38,551 bases of DNA from Pseudomonadota bacterium (GCA_039033795.1 JBCCBY010000001.1:1-38551); one strand, 5' to 3'; positions 10,385 to 20,345 are shown, counted from the first letter of the stretch. Program-made: numbers and translations. Notes: generated from the letters alone by a model not told the origin.

Positions 10385-11433
10385 AGTTCCCGGAAGTGTT
10401 TGGACAATTTAAGTCTTTGCCCCTGGTAATGGGACGCATGGCCGGAGCCATAGAGACGCTCTGGACGTGCTGATAAGTGTTCAAAGCCTAAGCGCGCCAC
10501 TCTTTGTCCGTGCTCCAGAATAAAAGGCGCGTCAAAGCCGCGGACCTCAAGCACCGCTCTGCTCGGCGATTCAATGCCAAATCCAGGATCGAAAAATCCA
10601 GCATAATGGGCACGGAAAGCGCCGATCTCAGGGTCGATCGCCACCATTTCAGCGGCGAGGTCCTCGGGGACATGGATCTCTTCGCGGCTCGCTAAAATAT
10701 AGAATTCATCAGGATCAAGAATAAGAAAGCCATCATCGGGCGCTGCGATGGGTTCAAAATAGGCGTGGGGTTCAAGAACGTCCCGTTTGTCCACATCGAC
10801 CAAGCCCACATGCCGCCTGGCGCGCCACCCAGCCACGGGCCCTAATTCTGGCGACAGATCAACGCTCAAGTTGAGCCCTTGTGCAATATGATGATCCGGA
10901 CCCAGCACAGCCGATAAATCAGCGTCGCTCAACGTCGTCTCGCCGCGCCGAACCCTTAGCTGATTGAGCGACGAGCCCTCACGCACAAGAATGGAAAACG
11001 TCCGGGGGCAGACTTCGGCGTAAAGCGGCCCATGATACCCCGCTGGGACACGCTCATAGGCATCATTGCACTCAGCCAGGAGGCGGACAAAGACATCAAT
11101 TCTGCCCGTCGAGCTTTTGGGATTGGCGGTGGCAGAGAGCGCGCTCGGTAAAGCCAGGCTTTCGCGCAGTTTCACGATATAGACGCATCCGCGTTCAAGC
11201 ACGGTGTCGGAGGTGAGATCGAGCTCATGCAGCGACAGCGCGCTTAACCGGTCCTCCATGCTCTTTTCGGCGTTCGGCAAAAAACCCGCTCGCACACGCC
11301 AGGCCTTGGCGCCAAGCGTCAAGTCGAGGCTGGCTGGCTGCAGCTGTGTGGGACCAAGCGCTGCTTTAATCACGCCTGTTTCCACAAGCTCCTTCAGCCC
11401 TTCCGCGCTCAGCACACCTTGCTTGTGATCCAT
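10381..11433 (-). CDS. dcd: dCTP deaminase (long alphaproteobacterial type)
   Basis: QLQPASLDL, ANPKSSTGRIDVF, HYAGFFDPGFG, YQGQRLKLSKHF; GGGAG SD before ATG 11433. Confidence 0.95.
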   Translation of the reverse strand: MDHKQGVLSAEGLKELVETGVIKAALGPTQLQPASLDLTLGAKAWRVRAGFLPNAEKSMEDRLSALSLHELDLTSDTVLERGCVYIVKLRESLALPSALSATANPKSSTGRIDVFVRLLAECNDAYERVPAGYHGPLYAEVCPRTFSILVREGSSLNQLRVRRGETTLSDADLSAVLGPDHHIAQGLNLSVDLSPELGPVAGWRARRHVGLVDVDKRDVLEPHAYFEPIAAPDDGFLILDPDEFYILASREEIHVPEDLAAEMVAIDPEIGAFRAHYAGFFDPGFGIESPSRAVLEVRGFDAPFILEHGQRVARLGFEHLSARPERLYGSGHASHYQGQRLKLSKHFREL

Positions 11434-11544
11434 GCCGACTCCCTGATGGATAGAACGCAACGCATCGCGCGATGGCGGGCTCTGGTCAACGGGGTCGAGC
11501 CCCGGTAGAAGATCACGCTGGAGAAGAGAAGGAGACATCGGACC

Positions 11545-11970
11545 ATGTTCGAAGACTTTGAAGACTTTGAAGAGATGTTCTCCGAAGCTGTGACCGATGG
11601 TATTCGGGTGCGGGTGTCTTCTGACTATCTCGAGGATGAGTCCGAACCTGATGAGGGCCGGTTCTTTTGGTCCTACACGGTCCGGATCGATAATGATTCC
11701 GCCAAGGTCGTCACCCTTCGTCGCCGCACATGGCATATTGCCGACAGCGCAGGCCAGAACTTCGTGGTCGAGGGCGAGGGTGTGGTGGGCGAGCAACCCG
11801 TGCTGCGGCCCGGCGACGCTTTTGAGTACACCTCAGCAACGCCGCTGAACGCGCCGTCGGGCATGATGTTTGGCGCCTATCTGATGAACGGGGAGGACGG
11901 CGAGATGTTTGAAGCAGCGATCCCGCCCTTCAGCCTTGATAGTCCCCACGACCTTCGCCGGATGAGCTGA
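11545..11970 (+). CDS. apaG: ApaG domain protein
   Basis: FFWSYTVRIDN, R.WHI.D, VEGEGVVGEQP, FEYTS, PSGMMFG, FSLDSP; AAGGAG SD. Confidence 0.95.
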   Translation: MFEDFEDFEEMFSEAVTDGIRVRVSSDYLEDESEPDEGRFFWSYTVRIDNDSAKVVTLRRRTWHIADSAGQNFVVEGEGVVGEQPVLRPGDAFEYTSATPLNAPSGMMFGAYLMNGEDGEMFEAAIPPFSLDSPHDLRRMS

Positions 11971-12034
11971 CCAGCCCCCACTGAGGCTCTTTTTGCGCAT
12001 CGGATCCGCCGACCAGCGCGCCCACGCTTGCAGG

Positions 12035-12817
12035 TTAGTCGTGCCCGGCACCCGCGTGACGGTAAAGAACAAGGGGCGCGAACCCCAAACCAATCAGCAC
12101 CCCATAGTAAAGGCTCACTGGGATGACCGCCATCACATTGGCAAGGAACAATCCACCAAAAAGGACCACGTGCCCCAGAACACCCCACCCGATCGCCGCA
12201 ATGATCATGGAGCGAGTGGCCTTACCACTTTTAGACAGCGCACGGAAATACACGATCACCAGTGGCAGAAAGATCACCAAACCGGTCAGCAGTCCTGAAT
12301 TGTAGCTGAACGTGCGAAGCGCCACCATGACATGGGCAAAACCATTCATAGCCATGATGCCCGCCATCGCCATGGACGGAAAAACCAACCTGGGGCTGGC
12401 CCAGATCGCCACCAAAGCCGTCGCCCACACCGTCCCCGTGTTGATGTAGAAAATAGCTTCGCGGGTCATGATTCCGTATTTGTCCTCACCCAGAACAGCT
12501 GCGATAAGGCTGTTGAGTTCATGGAGGAGCGGGTAGGTTTCACCCAGAAGATTAATCCAATGCTCTTCATACTGATGGATAAAATACGCAGCGGCGAAGA
12601 GCATCGCCATAAAAGTAACGTCCTCAAACATCGGTCCACTGGACCGCTCCCGAAACTTGAAAGCGAGGAAAACGACGATGGGCGCCATATACGTCCCAAT
12701 CTTCATCCAATGGAACGCCAAGAACTCCAATTGCCCCAACGGCGCCCACAGCATCGCCATGAATGCCAGAAGAAGAGCCAACTGAGCCAGTCGCGATGCG
12801 TTGTTGGTCACCTGCAT
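12035..12817 (-). CDS. HXXEE domain membrane protein
   Basis: IHQYEEH motif, N...HV, YNSGLLTG, about 7-8 hydrophobic segments. Confidence 0.85.
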   Translation of the reverse strand: MQVTNNASRLAQLALLLAFMAMLWAPLGQLEFLAFHWMKIGTYMAPIVVFLAFKFRERSSGPMFEDVTFMAMLFAAAYFIHQYEEHWINLLGETYPLLHELNSLIAAVLGEDKYGIMTREAIFYINTGTVWATALVAIWASPRLVFPSMAMAGIMAMNGFAHVMVALRTFSYNSGLLTGLVIFLPLVIVYFRALSKSGKATRSMIIAAIGWGVLGHVVLFGGLFLANVMAVIPVSLYYGVLIGLGFAPLVLYRHAGAGHD

Positions 12818-12839
12818 ATTAGAGCCCTAACCATACCAC

Positions 12840-12858
12840 ATGGTACTATTCGTACCAT
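12840..12858. promoter_or_regulatory. perfect 7-5-7 inverted repeat, candidate operator of the HXXEE gene
   Basis: ATGGTAC-TATTC-GTACCAT, 22 bp upstream of the start codon at 12817. Confidence 0.5.
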
Positions 12859-13219
12859 CAAGCCGCAAGAAGTCCCAGGACCTTCGATGCTGCTGCATCG
12901 TCATCAATGGTCAGAACCACGGCCGCAACACAGCCGGTGCGGTGCAGCTTGAAGGATCCAGATGAGCCAAAAGCGGCATGGTGGCGTTTGAATGGCTGCC
13001 AAGCTATAGCCCCTTAAAAAGAGACAGAGGATTGTCTTGCGGTGACCCCACGACCTGAAAAATCCTGTGCAGGAACAAGGCTCATCTCGCGTTTGATGAA
13101 ACGCTGCGCTTGTCTGAGTGCGCCGTCCTGTGCGCCGCGATGGCAAGATCGAAACTAATCTTTATACTGTTTTTCTTCCGCATCATTGTCATTATTAAAC
13201 AAAACCATCGGCCCTCACC

Positions 13220-14245
13220 ATGACCAACCCCACCCAGCGTGTCTTTTCTGGCGTGCAGCCCACCGGCAATTTGCATCTTGGCAATTACCTGGGCGCGATC
13301 TCGAAATTCGTCGCAATGCAGCACACCCATGAATCGATTTTCTGCATCGTCGATCTGCACGCCATCACCGTTCCGCAAGACCCCAAAGAGCTCAAAGCGC
13401 AAACGCGAGAGATCGCCGCTGCCTATATCGCCTCTGGCATCGACCCGGAAAAGGCGATCATCTTTCACCAGTCGTCGGTGACAGCGCATGCAGAGCTTGC
13501 CTGGATCCTTTCCTGCGTTGGCCGGATGGGATGGCTCAATCGGATGACCCAGTTCAAGGATAAGGCGGGTAAGGACAAAGAAAAAGCCTCGGTCGGGCTC
13601 TTCACCTACCCTATCCTGATGGCGGCTGACATCATCGGGTATAAGGCCACCCACGTCCCCGTGGGCGAGGATCAAAAACAGCACCTTGAGCTGGCGCGCG
13701 ACATCGCCGCCAAGTTTAACAATGATTTTGATGCGGAGGGTTTCTTTCCCCTCCCTGAACCGATGATCCAAGGCGCAGGCACGCGGGTCATGTCGCTTCG
13801 AGACGGGACTGCAAAAATGTCCAAATCAGACCCATCAGATCTGAGCCGGATTAACTTGACCGACGACGCCGACACGATTGCAAAGAAGTTCAAGAAAGCA
13901 AAATCGGATCCTGATGCTCTGCCGTCGGAAGAAGAAGGCCTCGAAGGCAGACCCGAGGCACGCAACCTCGTGGATATCTACGCCGCTCTTGCGGGCAAGG
14001 AAAGATCGTCCGTGCTCAGTGAGTTCGGTGGACAGGGTTTTGGCACGCTGAAACCACGTCTTGCTGAGCTGGCGGTGGAGAAGCTTAGCCCGATTTCCGA
14101 GGAGATGCGCCGCTTATCGGGCGACGCGGCGCATCTCGACGCCATCCTGGTCGGGGGGACCACCAGGGCGGACGCCATAGCCGCGCCTATTTTGCGCGAC
14201 GTGAAAGAGATCGTCGGGTTTCTTCCCGCGACCGTAAGCTCTTAA
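13220..14245 (+). CDS. trpS: tryptophan--tRNA ligase
   Basis: [43 protein letters not shown]. Confidence 0.98.
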   Translation: MTNPTQRVFSGVQPTGNLHLGNYLGAISKFVAMQHTHESIFCIVDLHAITVPQDPKELKAQTREIAAAYIASGIDPEKAIIFHQSSVTAHAELAWILSCVGRMGWLNRMTQFKDKAGKDKEKASVGLFTYPILMAADIIGYKATHVPVGEDQKQHLELARDIAAKFNNDFDAEGFFPLPEPMIQGAGTRVMSLRDGTAKMSKSDPSDLSRINLTDDADTIAKKFKKAKSDPDALPSEEEGLEGRPEARNLVDIYAALAGKERSSVLSEFGGQGFGTLKPRLAELAVEKLSPISEEMRRLSGDAAHLDAILVGGTTRADAIAAPILRDVKEIVGFLPATVSS

Positions 14246-14583
14246 TTTCCCCGGCGGTTCCGGAAGCGCTGTCGGCGATCGCCGCGTTGTTCCCGTCCCG
14301 CTTCGAGCTCGTCGCGAGACAGAAGATCATCGTCGTCGGTATCGATCCGATCAAAGCGCGCCTGGGACAACGCATCGAACTCATCAAACGAAATGATGCC
14401 GTCACCATTTGCATCAAGGCGATCGAAACTGCGTTGGGATTGGGCGCTGACCTCGCTGCGGCTGATGTAACCATCACCATCCGTGTCCCGGCCAATCGCC
14501 CCTTCTGGCGGCTCTTGAGCAAAAGCGGCGCCAACAAGAGATGCAAGCGCTGCAGCACTGATCGAAACGATCGTCTCTTTCAT
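14242..14583 (-). CDS. secreted EF-hand calcium-binding protein
   Basis: Signal peptide ending AFA; three EF loops [36 protein letters not shown]; AAAGGA SD before ATG 14583. Confidence 0.88.
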   Translation of the reverse strand: MKETIVSISAAALASLVGAAFAQEPPEGAIGRDTDGDGYISRSEVSAQSQRSFDRLDANGDGIISFDEFDALSQARFDRIDTDDDDLLSRDELEAGREQRGDRRQRFRNRRGN

Positions 14584-14754
14584 CGAGAATTCCTTTCTGA
14601 TGGCGGCCGACCATGTCTCCGGCCACCTGGCCGGGAAACAACCACAACTGGCGATGACAAAATACTGGGTCAGCGTCACGAAGTGTATCGAACGGTCAAA
14701 ACGCTTGACCTGTGACGCTTTGATTGCCTGGTTCGGTGGTCCTATGACCGTTTG

Positions 14755-16158
14755 ATGGACACACAACCAACCGATCTGATCGCCAGAACACAGCGCGCCT
14801 CAAAAGGCCGGCGTCCTCTTAAGGGTTGGCACGTTATCTTGATGGGAACCTTAGCCCTCACGGGGCTCGCCGCAGCGGTGAGCAGCGGGTTTTTGACCAC
14901 ACGGGAAGGCGTGATCATCGCCGCCTTTATCGGGATAGCAGCAATTGCTTCCGCCTTGTCCTCCGTCAAGGCCGAGGCTGTGCCGTCCCTTATCGGCGAA
15001 GAGACAGAGGACATCCGCCGATTAAAACGCGTTGGGCTGCTTCTCAACGCGCTTCCTCAACCTGTTCTTCTCCTCAATAGCGCAGACCAAGTTGAAACAT
15101 CGAACAAGGCCAGCGCTGATGTGTTTGGTGATCACGTGGACGGCTCTCCGATTGCGGGTTTAATCCGTGCCCCGCAAGCCTTGGACCTGTTGCGCGAGGT
15201 GCGTCACCTTAAGGAGGCACGGGAGGTGGAGTTCACCCTGGCGGGGACGCCTGGGTTGGATGCTCTTTTCTACGCTGCGCCTCTTGATCCCGGACCAGAA
15301 ACCGATGACCAGCAAATCGTTGTGATGATAAGGGACCGAACCGAACAAAAAAAGCTTGAACGCATGCGGACGGATTTTATTGCCAATGCAGGTCATGAGC
15401 TCCGCACCCCTCTTTCTTCGATCTTGGGCTTTATTGAAACGCTCCGTGGACATGCAAAAGACGATCCGGACGCGCGCGAACGGTTCTTGGGTATCATGCA
15501 TGCCCAAACCGAGCGGATGCTGCGTTTGGTCCAAGACCTGGTGAGCCTCTCCGCCTTGGAGCTGAACGAACGACGCCTACCGGAGGATCGCGTTGACCTC
15601 AAAGACGTCGCCATCACCGTGCATGATATGATGGAGCCGGTTGCTGCGTCCGCGGGCAGCACGCTCTTAGAGGTGAAAGGGCCTGACCTGATCATGCTCA
15701 CGGGCGATCGGGATCAGCTTATTCAGGTCATGCAAAACCTCACGGACAACGCGTTGAAATATGGCCTCTCATCGGAAGACGGGTTGGCGCACGTGCAGAT
15801 GAGCGTGGGACGCGGTCCTGATACCGTTTGGCAGGACGCCGACCGCAGCGGGGACAGTCCTGAACAGATCGCCGTTCGTGCGGGCTGCCGAACGGATGAC
15901 TTGGTCTATTTGCGTATTCAAGACGAGGGACAAGGAATTGAAAAAACCGACCTTCCTCGACTGACCGAACGCTTTTACAGAATTGATGCGGAGCGAAGCC
16001 GCTCGCGCGGCGGCACGGGTCTTGGACTTGCCATCGTGAAGCACATTGTGGGCCGACATCGCGGAGGAATTTTGGTCGAATCATCGCGATCTAAGGGATC
16101 GGCCTTCACATGTTACTTCCCACCGTCTAAGACTGCTGATCCGAATCTAACGGAGTAA
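14755..16158 (+). CDS. phoR: phosphate regulon sensor histidine kinase PhoR
   Basis: Two N-terminal TMs, PAS-like region, RTDFIANAGHELRTPL H-box, RLTERFYRID, GGTGLGLAIVKH; upstream of phoU-phoB. Confidence 0.92.
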   Translation: MDTQPTDLIARTQRASKGRRPLKGWHVILMGTLALTGLAAAVSSGFLTTREGVIIAAFIGIAAIASALSSVKAEAVPSLIGEETEDIRRLKRVGLLLNALPQPVLLLNSADQVETSNKASADVFGDHVDGSPIAGLIRAPQALDLLREVRHLKEAREVEFTLAGTPGLDALFYAAPLDPGPETDDQQIVVMIRDRTEQKKLERMRTDFIANAGHELRTPLSSILGFIETLRGHAKDDPDARERFLGIMHAQTERMLRLVQDLVSLSALELNERRLPEDRVDLKDVAITVHDMMEPVAASAGSTLLEVKGPDLIMLTGDRDQLIQVMQNLTDNALKYGLSSEDGLAHVQMSVGRGPDTVWQDADRSGDSPEQIAVRAGCRTDDLVYLRIQDEGQGIEKTDLPRLTERFYRIDAERSRSRGGTGLGLAIVKHIVGRHRGGILVESSRSKGSAFTCYFPPSKTADPNLTE

Positions 16159-16219
16159 TGGCAAATCCCTGGTCTCGAAGACGCGAAAATGCGGAAAACA
16201 CCCCCCAAATCTTCGAAAC

Positions 16220-16237
16220 TTTACAAGAATTTGTCAC
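16220..16237 (+). promoter_or_regulatory. candidate Pho box upstream of phoU
   Basis: TTTACAA-GAAT-TTGTCAC at 11-bp spacing versus consensus CTGTCAT-N4-CTGTCAY; second half good, first half weak. Confidence 0.35.
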
Positions 16238-16274
16238 ACAAATCAGGCATCACGATCCGCCAAAGGAGCAGGAC

Positions 16275-16988
16275 ATGCCATTCGGCATCTTGAAACAGCA
16301 AGCTGACCGCATCGAAAAACTCGATGTTGCGCTGGCCACCATGGGTGGACTGGTGGAGCAGCAGCTGACCGATGCCCTCTCGGCGTTTGAGCACCGGGAT
16401 GCTGAATTGGCGCGCGAAGTGAACATGCGCGACATGGAGACGGACCGCTACGAGCGGCAGATCGAGCACTTGGTGGCGGAGCTTTTCCGAGAACGGCGCC
16501 GATCGTCTGCCGAAATCCGTCGCATGATGGCCGCCGTTCGCATCGCATCAGAAATGGAACGGATTGGGGACCTGGCCAAGAACATCGCCCGCCGATCCAT
16601 CGTGATCGCCGAGGCGGATGATGACGGTGAGCATTCCAAGCATGCTGGCGTTGGCCGAATGGGTAAAATCGCCCTTCGGCAGTTCTCTGAGGCGCTCGAT
16701 GCACTCTTCCGCCGCAACGCGGATGCGGCGCGCGCTGTGCGCAATGCGGATGACCAAGTCGACGATATTTATAACTCGGTGTTCCGTGAACTGTTGACGC
16801 TCATGACGCGTGTTCCTCAGCTCGCGTCGACGGGAACGCATCTGATCTTCGTCGCCAAGAATTTCGAACGCATTGGCGACCACGCGACCAACATCGCGGA
16901 ACGCGTGCACTTTGCCTTGACCGGCGAAGAGTTGCCGCCCGAACGGATCAAGACAGATGTCACCACATCTCTCGTGGCTGCGGAGTGA
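16275..16988 (+). CDS. phoU: phosphate signalling complex protein PhoU
   Basis: MGGLVEQQL, EMERIGDLAKNIA, D..VDDIYNS, AKNFERIGDHATNIAE; AAGGAG SD before ATG 16275. Confidence 0.96.
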   Translation: MPFGILKQQADRIEKLDVALATMGGLVEQQLTDALSAFEHRDAELAREVNMRDMETDRYERQIEHLVAELFRERRRSSAEIRRMMAAVRIASEMERIGDLAKNIARRSIVIAEADDDGEHSKHAGVGRMGKIALRQFSEALDALFRRNADAARAVRNADDQVDDIYNSVFRELLTLMTRVPQLASTGTHLIFVAKNFERIGDHATNIAERVHFALTGEELPPERIKTDVTTSLVAAE

Positions 16989-16991
16989 GCT

Positions 16992-17702
16992 ATGCCGAGC
17001 AAGCATGTTCTTGTTGTCGAAGATGATGATGCGATTAGAACACTGATCGAATACAATCTGAGCAAGGAAGGCTTCGCCATTCTCACGGCACGAGATGGCG
17101 AAGAGGCGCTTCTTAAAGTCGAAGAGGCAAAGCCCGACCTTGTCGTCCTTGATTGGATGCTGCCGAGTGTATCGGGGATTGAGGTGTGTCGGCGTCTGCG
17201 CAACAAGCAAGCCACACGCGCCCTACCAATCATCATGCTCACGGCGCGGGCGGAAGAAACTGATCGAGTTCGCGGGCTTGAGACCGGTGCAGACGATTAT
17301 GTCGTCAAGCCTTTCTCCATGGAGGAACTCGCCGCACGCATTCGTGCTGTGCTTCGCCGTGCTCGGCCAAACCTGGTCTCCGACACCGTGTCCTGCGGCG
17401 ACATCGAGGTCGATCGCACCGCCCACCGGGTCCGCCGTTCGGGGCAAGAGGTCCATCTTGGTCCAACAGAGTTCCGCCTGCTCGACCATTTAATGCAGAA
17501 CCCAGGCCGGGTGTTCAGCCGCGAGCAATTGCTCAACGCGGTCTGGGGGTCCGACGTTTTCGTTGAGGCGCGCACGGTCGATGTGCATATTGGTCGCCTA
17601 CGGAAAGCTCTTGGTAAAGACGGTGACCGTAACCCTATTCGCACCGTCCGCTCCGCTGGCTATTCCTTAGAGGGTGTCTCGACACAGCAGCACGCCAACT
17701 AA
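16992..17702 (+). CDS. phoB: phosphate regulon response regulator PhoB
   Basis: VEDD, LDWMLP, LETGADDYVVKPFS, HLGPTEFRLL, RTVDVHIGRLRK. Confidence 0.97.
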   Translation: MPSKHVLVVEDDDAIRTLIEYNLSKEGFAILTARDGEEALLKVEEAKPDLVVLDWMLPSVSGIEVCRRLRNKQATRALPIIMLTARAEETDRVRGLETGADDYVVKPFSMEELAARIRAVLRRARPNLVSDTVSCGDIEVDRTAHRVRRSGQEVHLGPTEFRLLDHLMQNPGRVFSREQLLNAVWGSDVFVEARTVDVHIGRLRKALGKDGDRNPIRTVRSAGYSLEGVSTQQHAN

Positions 17703-17814
17703 TCAGCGCGATCCGGCAGAACCGCTAAGCTTGCGGTCACATCACTCTTTTCTCTGACAGGACAGGACCAAACCAGGCCCGCTATCAAGGGATAGCCTCT
17801 GGAGCCGTGTGACT

Positions 17815-18276
17815 TCAGGCGGCGCCTTCGTTGCTGGCTTCTTTTTTCAGCACCCATACCGTCAACACCACGCCCAGCACCGTTCCTGAGAAGATGAAGA
17901 CACCAGCAATGTCGATCCGCCCAATCATGAACGTCGCAAAGAGCGCTCCGAGGTCTGCGCATCCGATGACCACGGCAGCAACGATCAACGCCACGCGGCT
18001 CTGGCGAAAACCAATCAAAAACGAACAAGCCAGCGCCACAACCCCGAACCAAAACAGGTTGAAGCCGTGTTGGCCAAAAGTCACCGATATTGCGGCAACC
18101 TCAAGCGCATGTTCGCGCATCAGCATGTCCGGATCTGTTTTTGGGAACAAGAACTTGATCGAAGACAGATCAGCAGCGATGGCACTCTGCATCATCATGA
18201 GCCCAGGGATGATATGGAGGACCGACCACGCCAGCCACAAGACAGAAACAATCAATGTCAGTGTTCGCGTGTTCAT
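17815..18276 (-). CDS. hypothetical membrane protein (about 4 TM)
   Basis: Four hydrophobic segments with embedded polar motifs (W..LHIIPG, QHGFNLFW, ADLG); start 18276 or 18291. Confidence 0.75.
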   Translation of the reverse strand: MNTRTLTLIVSVLWLAWSVLHIIPGLMMMQSAIAADLSSIKFLFPKTDPDMLMREHALEVAAISVTFGQHGFNLFWFGVVALACSFLIGFRQSRVALIVAAVVIGCADLGALFATFMIGRIDIAGVFIFSGTVLGVVLTVWVLKKEASNEGAA

Positions 18277-18339
18277 CGATCCGACTACCATTCATGAGAG
18301 CATCAAACTTTGAGGCCCATTTGGGTTTATCCAAAGGGT

Positions 18340-19815
18340 CTAGCGCACCCAAAAACTCGGGACAAACAGCACGAGCACCGTGAAGAGCTCAAGGCGACCC
18401 AGCAGCATCGCCGCGGACAAGAGCCATTTGGCGCCCTCGGGCAAGCTTCCATAATTGCCCGCGGGTCCAACGATATCACCAAGGCCCGGCCCCACATTGG
18501 CAATGGCGGAACCCGCCGCCGAAAGCGCCGTTACCGGATCAAGTTCAAACAGCGACAAACCCACCGCCACGGTCGCAAAGACAGCGAAATAGATAAAGAA
18601 GAACGTCAGCACAGACCGGAACACGCTGTTATCGAGCGGTCGTCCGTTATAACGGGCGACGGTCACCCGATGGGGATGGGCGAGCTTCTGGGTGTAGACA
18701 GACAAAGCTGCCAGCGCGACTTGGAGGCGAAAGACCTTCAGCCCGCATGACGTGCTCCCGGCGCACCCTCCCAAAAACATCACACAGAAAAAGACGCCCA
18801 AGGCGAACGGGCCCCAGGCATTGTAATCGGTGCTGGCATAGCCTGTCCCCGTCATGATCGAGACAATATTGAACGACGAGAAGCGCAGCGCCTCCACCAA
18901 CTCATAGTCAAGCGCGAAGAACATGCGAATAGTCATGAGGCTGATGAAAAAGACAACAAGCCCCAAAAAGAACCGCACTTGGCTGTCCTCTAAGATGGCT
19001 CCTTTGCCGCGCAGCACGAGAAGGTAGAGACCGAACGGCAAAGAACCAGCGATCATGAAAACCACCGCCACGATGTCGATCGGACCATTGATCGCCGCGC
19101 TATCGAGAAAATAGCCAAAAGATGCATCCTTGGTCGAAAAACCGCCCGTCGCCACGGTGGTCATGGCATGGTTGAGCGCATCAAACGCCTCCATACCAAA
19201 GAACCAATAGGCGAAAAAACAAAGCGCCGTCATCGCCACATAAAGGCCAAAGACCGCCGCTGCGAGATCATCAGCACCAGGCAGGATTTTGTCGGACTTG
19301 TCAGAACTCTCGAGACGAAAGAGCTGCATCCCGCCAATCGACAGAAATGGCAAAACGGCGATGGCCATGATCACCACCCCAATGCCGCCAAACCATTGCA
19401 GCATTGACCGCCAAAGCAAAAGGCCCGCAGGCTGATCATCAAGTCCAGTCATCACCGTGGCGCCGGTGGTGGTCAGCGCGGACATCGCCTCAAAAAAAGC
19501 ATCCGTGGGGCTCATGCCGTTGGGCCCCACGCCCAAGGGAAGTGCGGCGCCAACCGCTAAGGCAAGCCAGCTCGCCGTTGTGATCAAAAATCCTTGCCTG
19601 GTCGAAAGACGCTCGACCTTTCCGCGACAAGACAGAGCCAAACCGCCGCCGAACACCATCAGCACGACCGCTGACGCCACAAATGCATGCGTGCTGAACC
19701 GCGCCTCCTCGCGACCGTCCAACACATTCGCGGCGATGGGCACCACCATGGATGCGCCAAGAACCGCCACGAACAGGCCAATCACCAAGAAAACTGGACG
19801 AAAATCGCGCATCAA
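18340..19815 (-). CDS. trkH: TrkH family potassium uptake membrane protein
   Basis: Four P-loops: FEAMSALTTTGAT, TVATGGFS, TGTGY, ANVGPG; GGCAGSTSCGLK; MLLGRLE. Confidence 0.96.
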   Translation of the reverse strand: MMRDFRPVFLVIGLFVAVLGASMVVPIAANVLDGREEARFSTHAFVASAVVLMVFGGGLALSCRGKVERLSTRQGFLITTASWLALAVGAALPLGVGPNGMSPTDAFFEAMSALTTTGATVMTGLDDQPAGLLLWRSMLQWFGGIGVVIMAIAVLPFLSIGGMQLFRLESSDKSDKILPGADDLAAAVFGLYVAMTALCFFAYWFFGMEAFDALNHAMTTVATGGFSTKDASFGYFLDSAAINGPIDIVAVVFMIAGSLPFGLYLLVLRGKGAILEDSQVRFFLGLVVFFISLMTIRMFFALDYELVEALRFSSFNIVSIMTGTGYASTDYNAWGPFALGVFFCVMFLGGCAGSTSCGLKVFRLQVALAALSVYTQKLAHPHRVTVARYNGRPLDNSVFRSVLTFFFIYFAVFATVAVGLSLFELDPVTALSAAGSAIANVGPGLGDIVGPAGNYGSLPEGAKWLLSAAMLLGRLELFTVLVLFVPSFWVR

Positions 19816-19865
19816 TCGGGTCCGTTAGGCGCAATCAACGCCGCACGAAAGCGTCCGCTGTCTGC

Positions 19866-20345
19866 TCAAAAGGAGATATAGGTCTGCGGATTGACGCTTT
19901 TGCCGTTCTGGCGAATCTCAAAATGAAGGTGGTGGCCTGAAGCACGGCCTGACTTACCCACCCGGCCAATCCGCTGCCCGCGTTTCACCGAACGACCTTT
20001 TCGGGTGGTGTAGCTTGATAGATGCGCGTAATAGGTGTGCTCACCGCGTCCGTGGTCGATGATAACAAGACGCCCAAACCCTTTTCTTCGACCACGATAG
20101 ATAACTTTGCCCGCCTTCGCGGCTCGCACCTCGGTGCCGCGCGGCGCCGCAAGATCGATCCCATGATGGAACCCACTGCTCCTAAAGCCATAGGTCGACG
20201 TCACCTTGCCGCTGGGAACGGGGTCAATAAACACGTTTGGCGGCTTGGATGCGCATGATGCAGCGGCCAAAACAGCAATTAAACCAATTATTTGCCAGAC
20301 AAAACGCTTGGTCAGATGACCGCGACGTAAAGAAAAAGAGATCAT
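19866..20345 (-). CDS. M23 family metallopeptidase, probable lipoprotein
   Basis: HHGIDL (HxxxD), YAHL, GHHLHFE (HxH); lipobox-like LAAASC; start uncertain, ATG 20345 chosen. Confidence 0.88.
   Translation of the reverse strand: MISFSLRRGHLTKRFVWQIIGLIAVLAAASCASKPPNVFIDPVPSGKVTSTYGFRSSGFHHGIDLAAPRGTEVRAAKAGKVIYRGRRKGFGRLVIIDHGRGEHTYYAHLSSYTTRKGRSVKRGQRIGRVGKSGRASGHHLHFEIRQNGKSVNPQTYISF

Noticed and set aside
11434-11796. 121-aa N-terminal extension of dcd in the ORF track
   Set aside because: It largely overlaps apaG antisense; Dcd similarity and an SD begin at ATG 11433.
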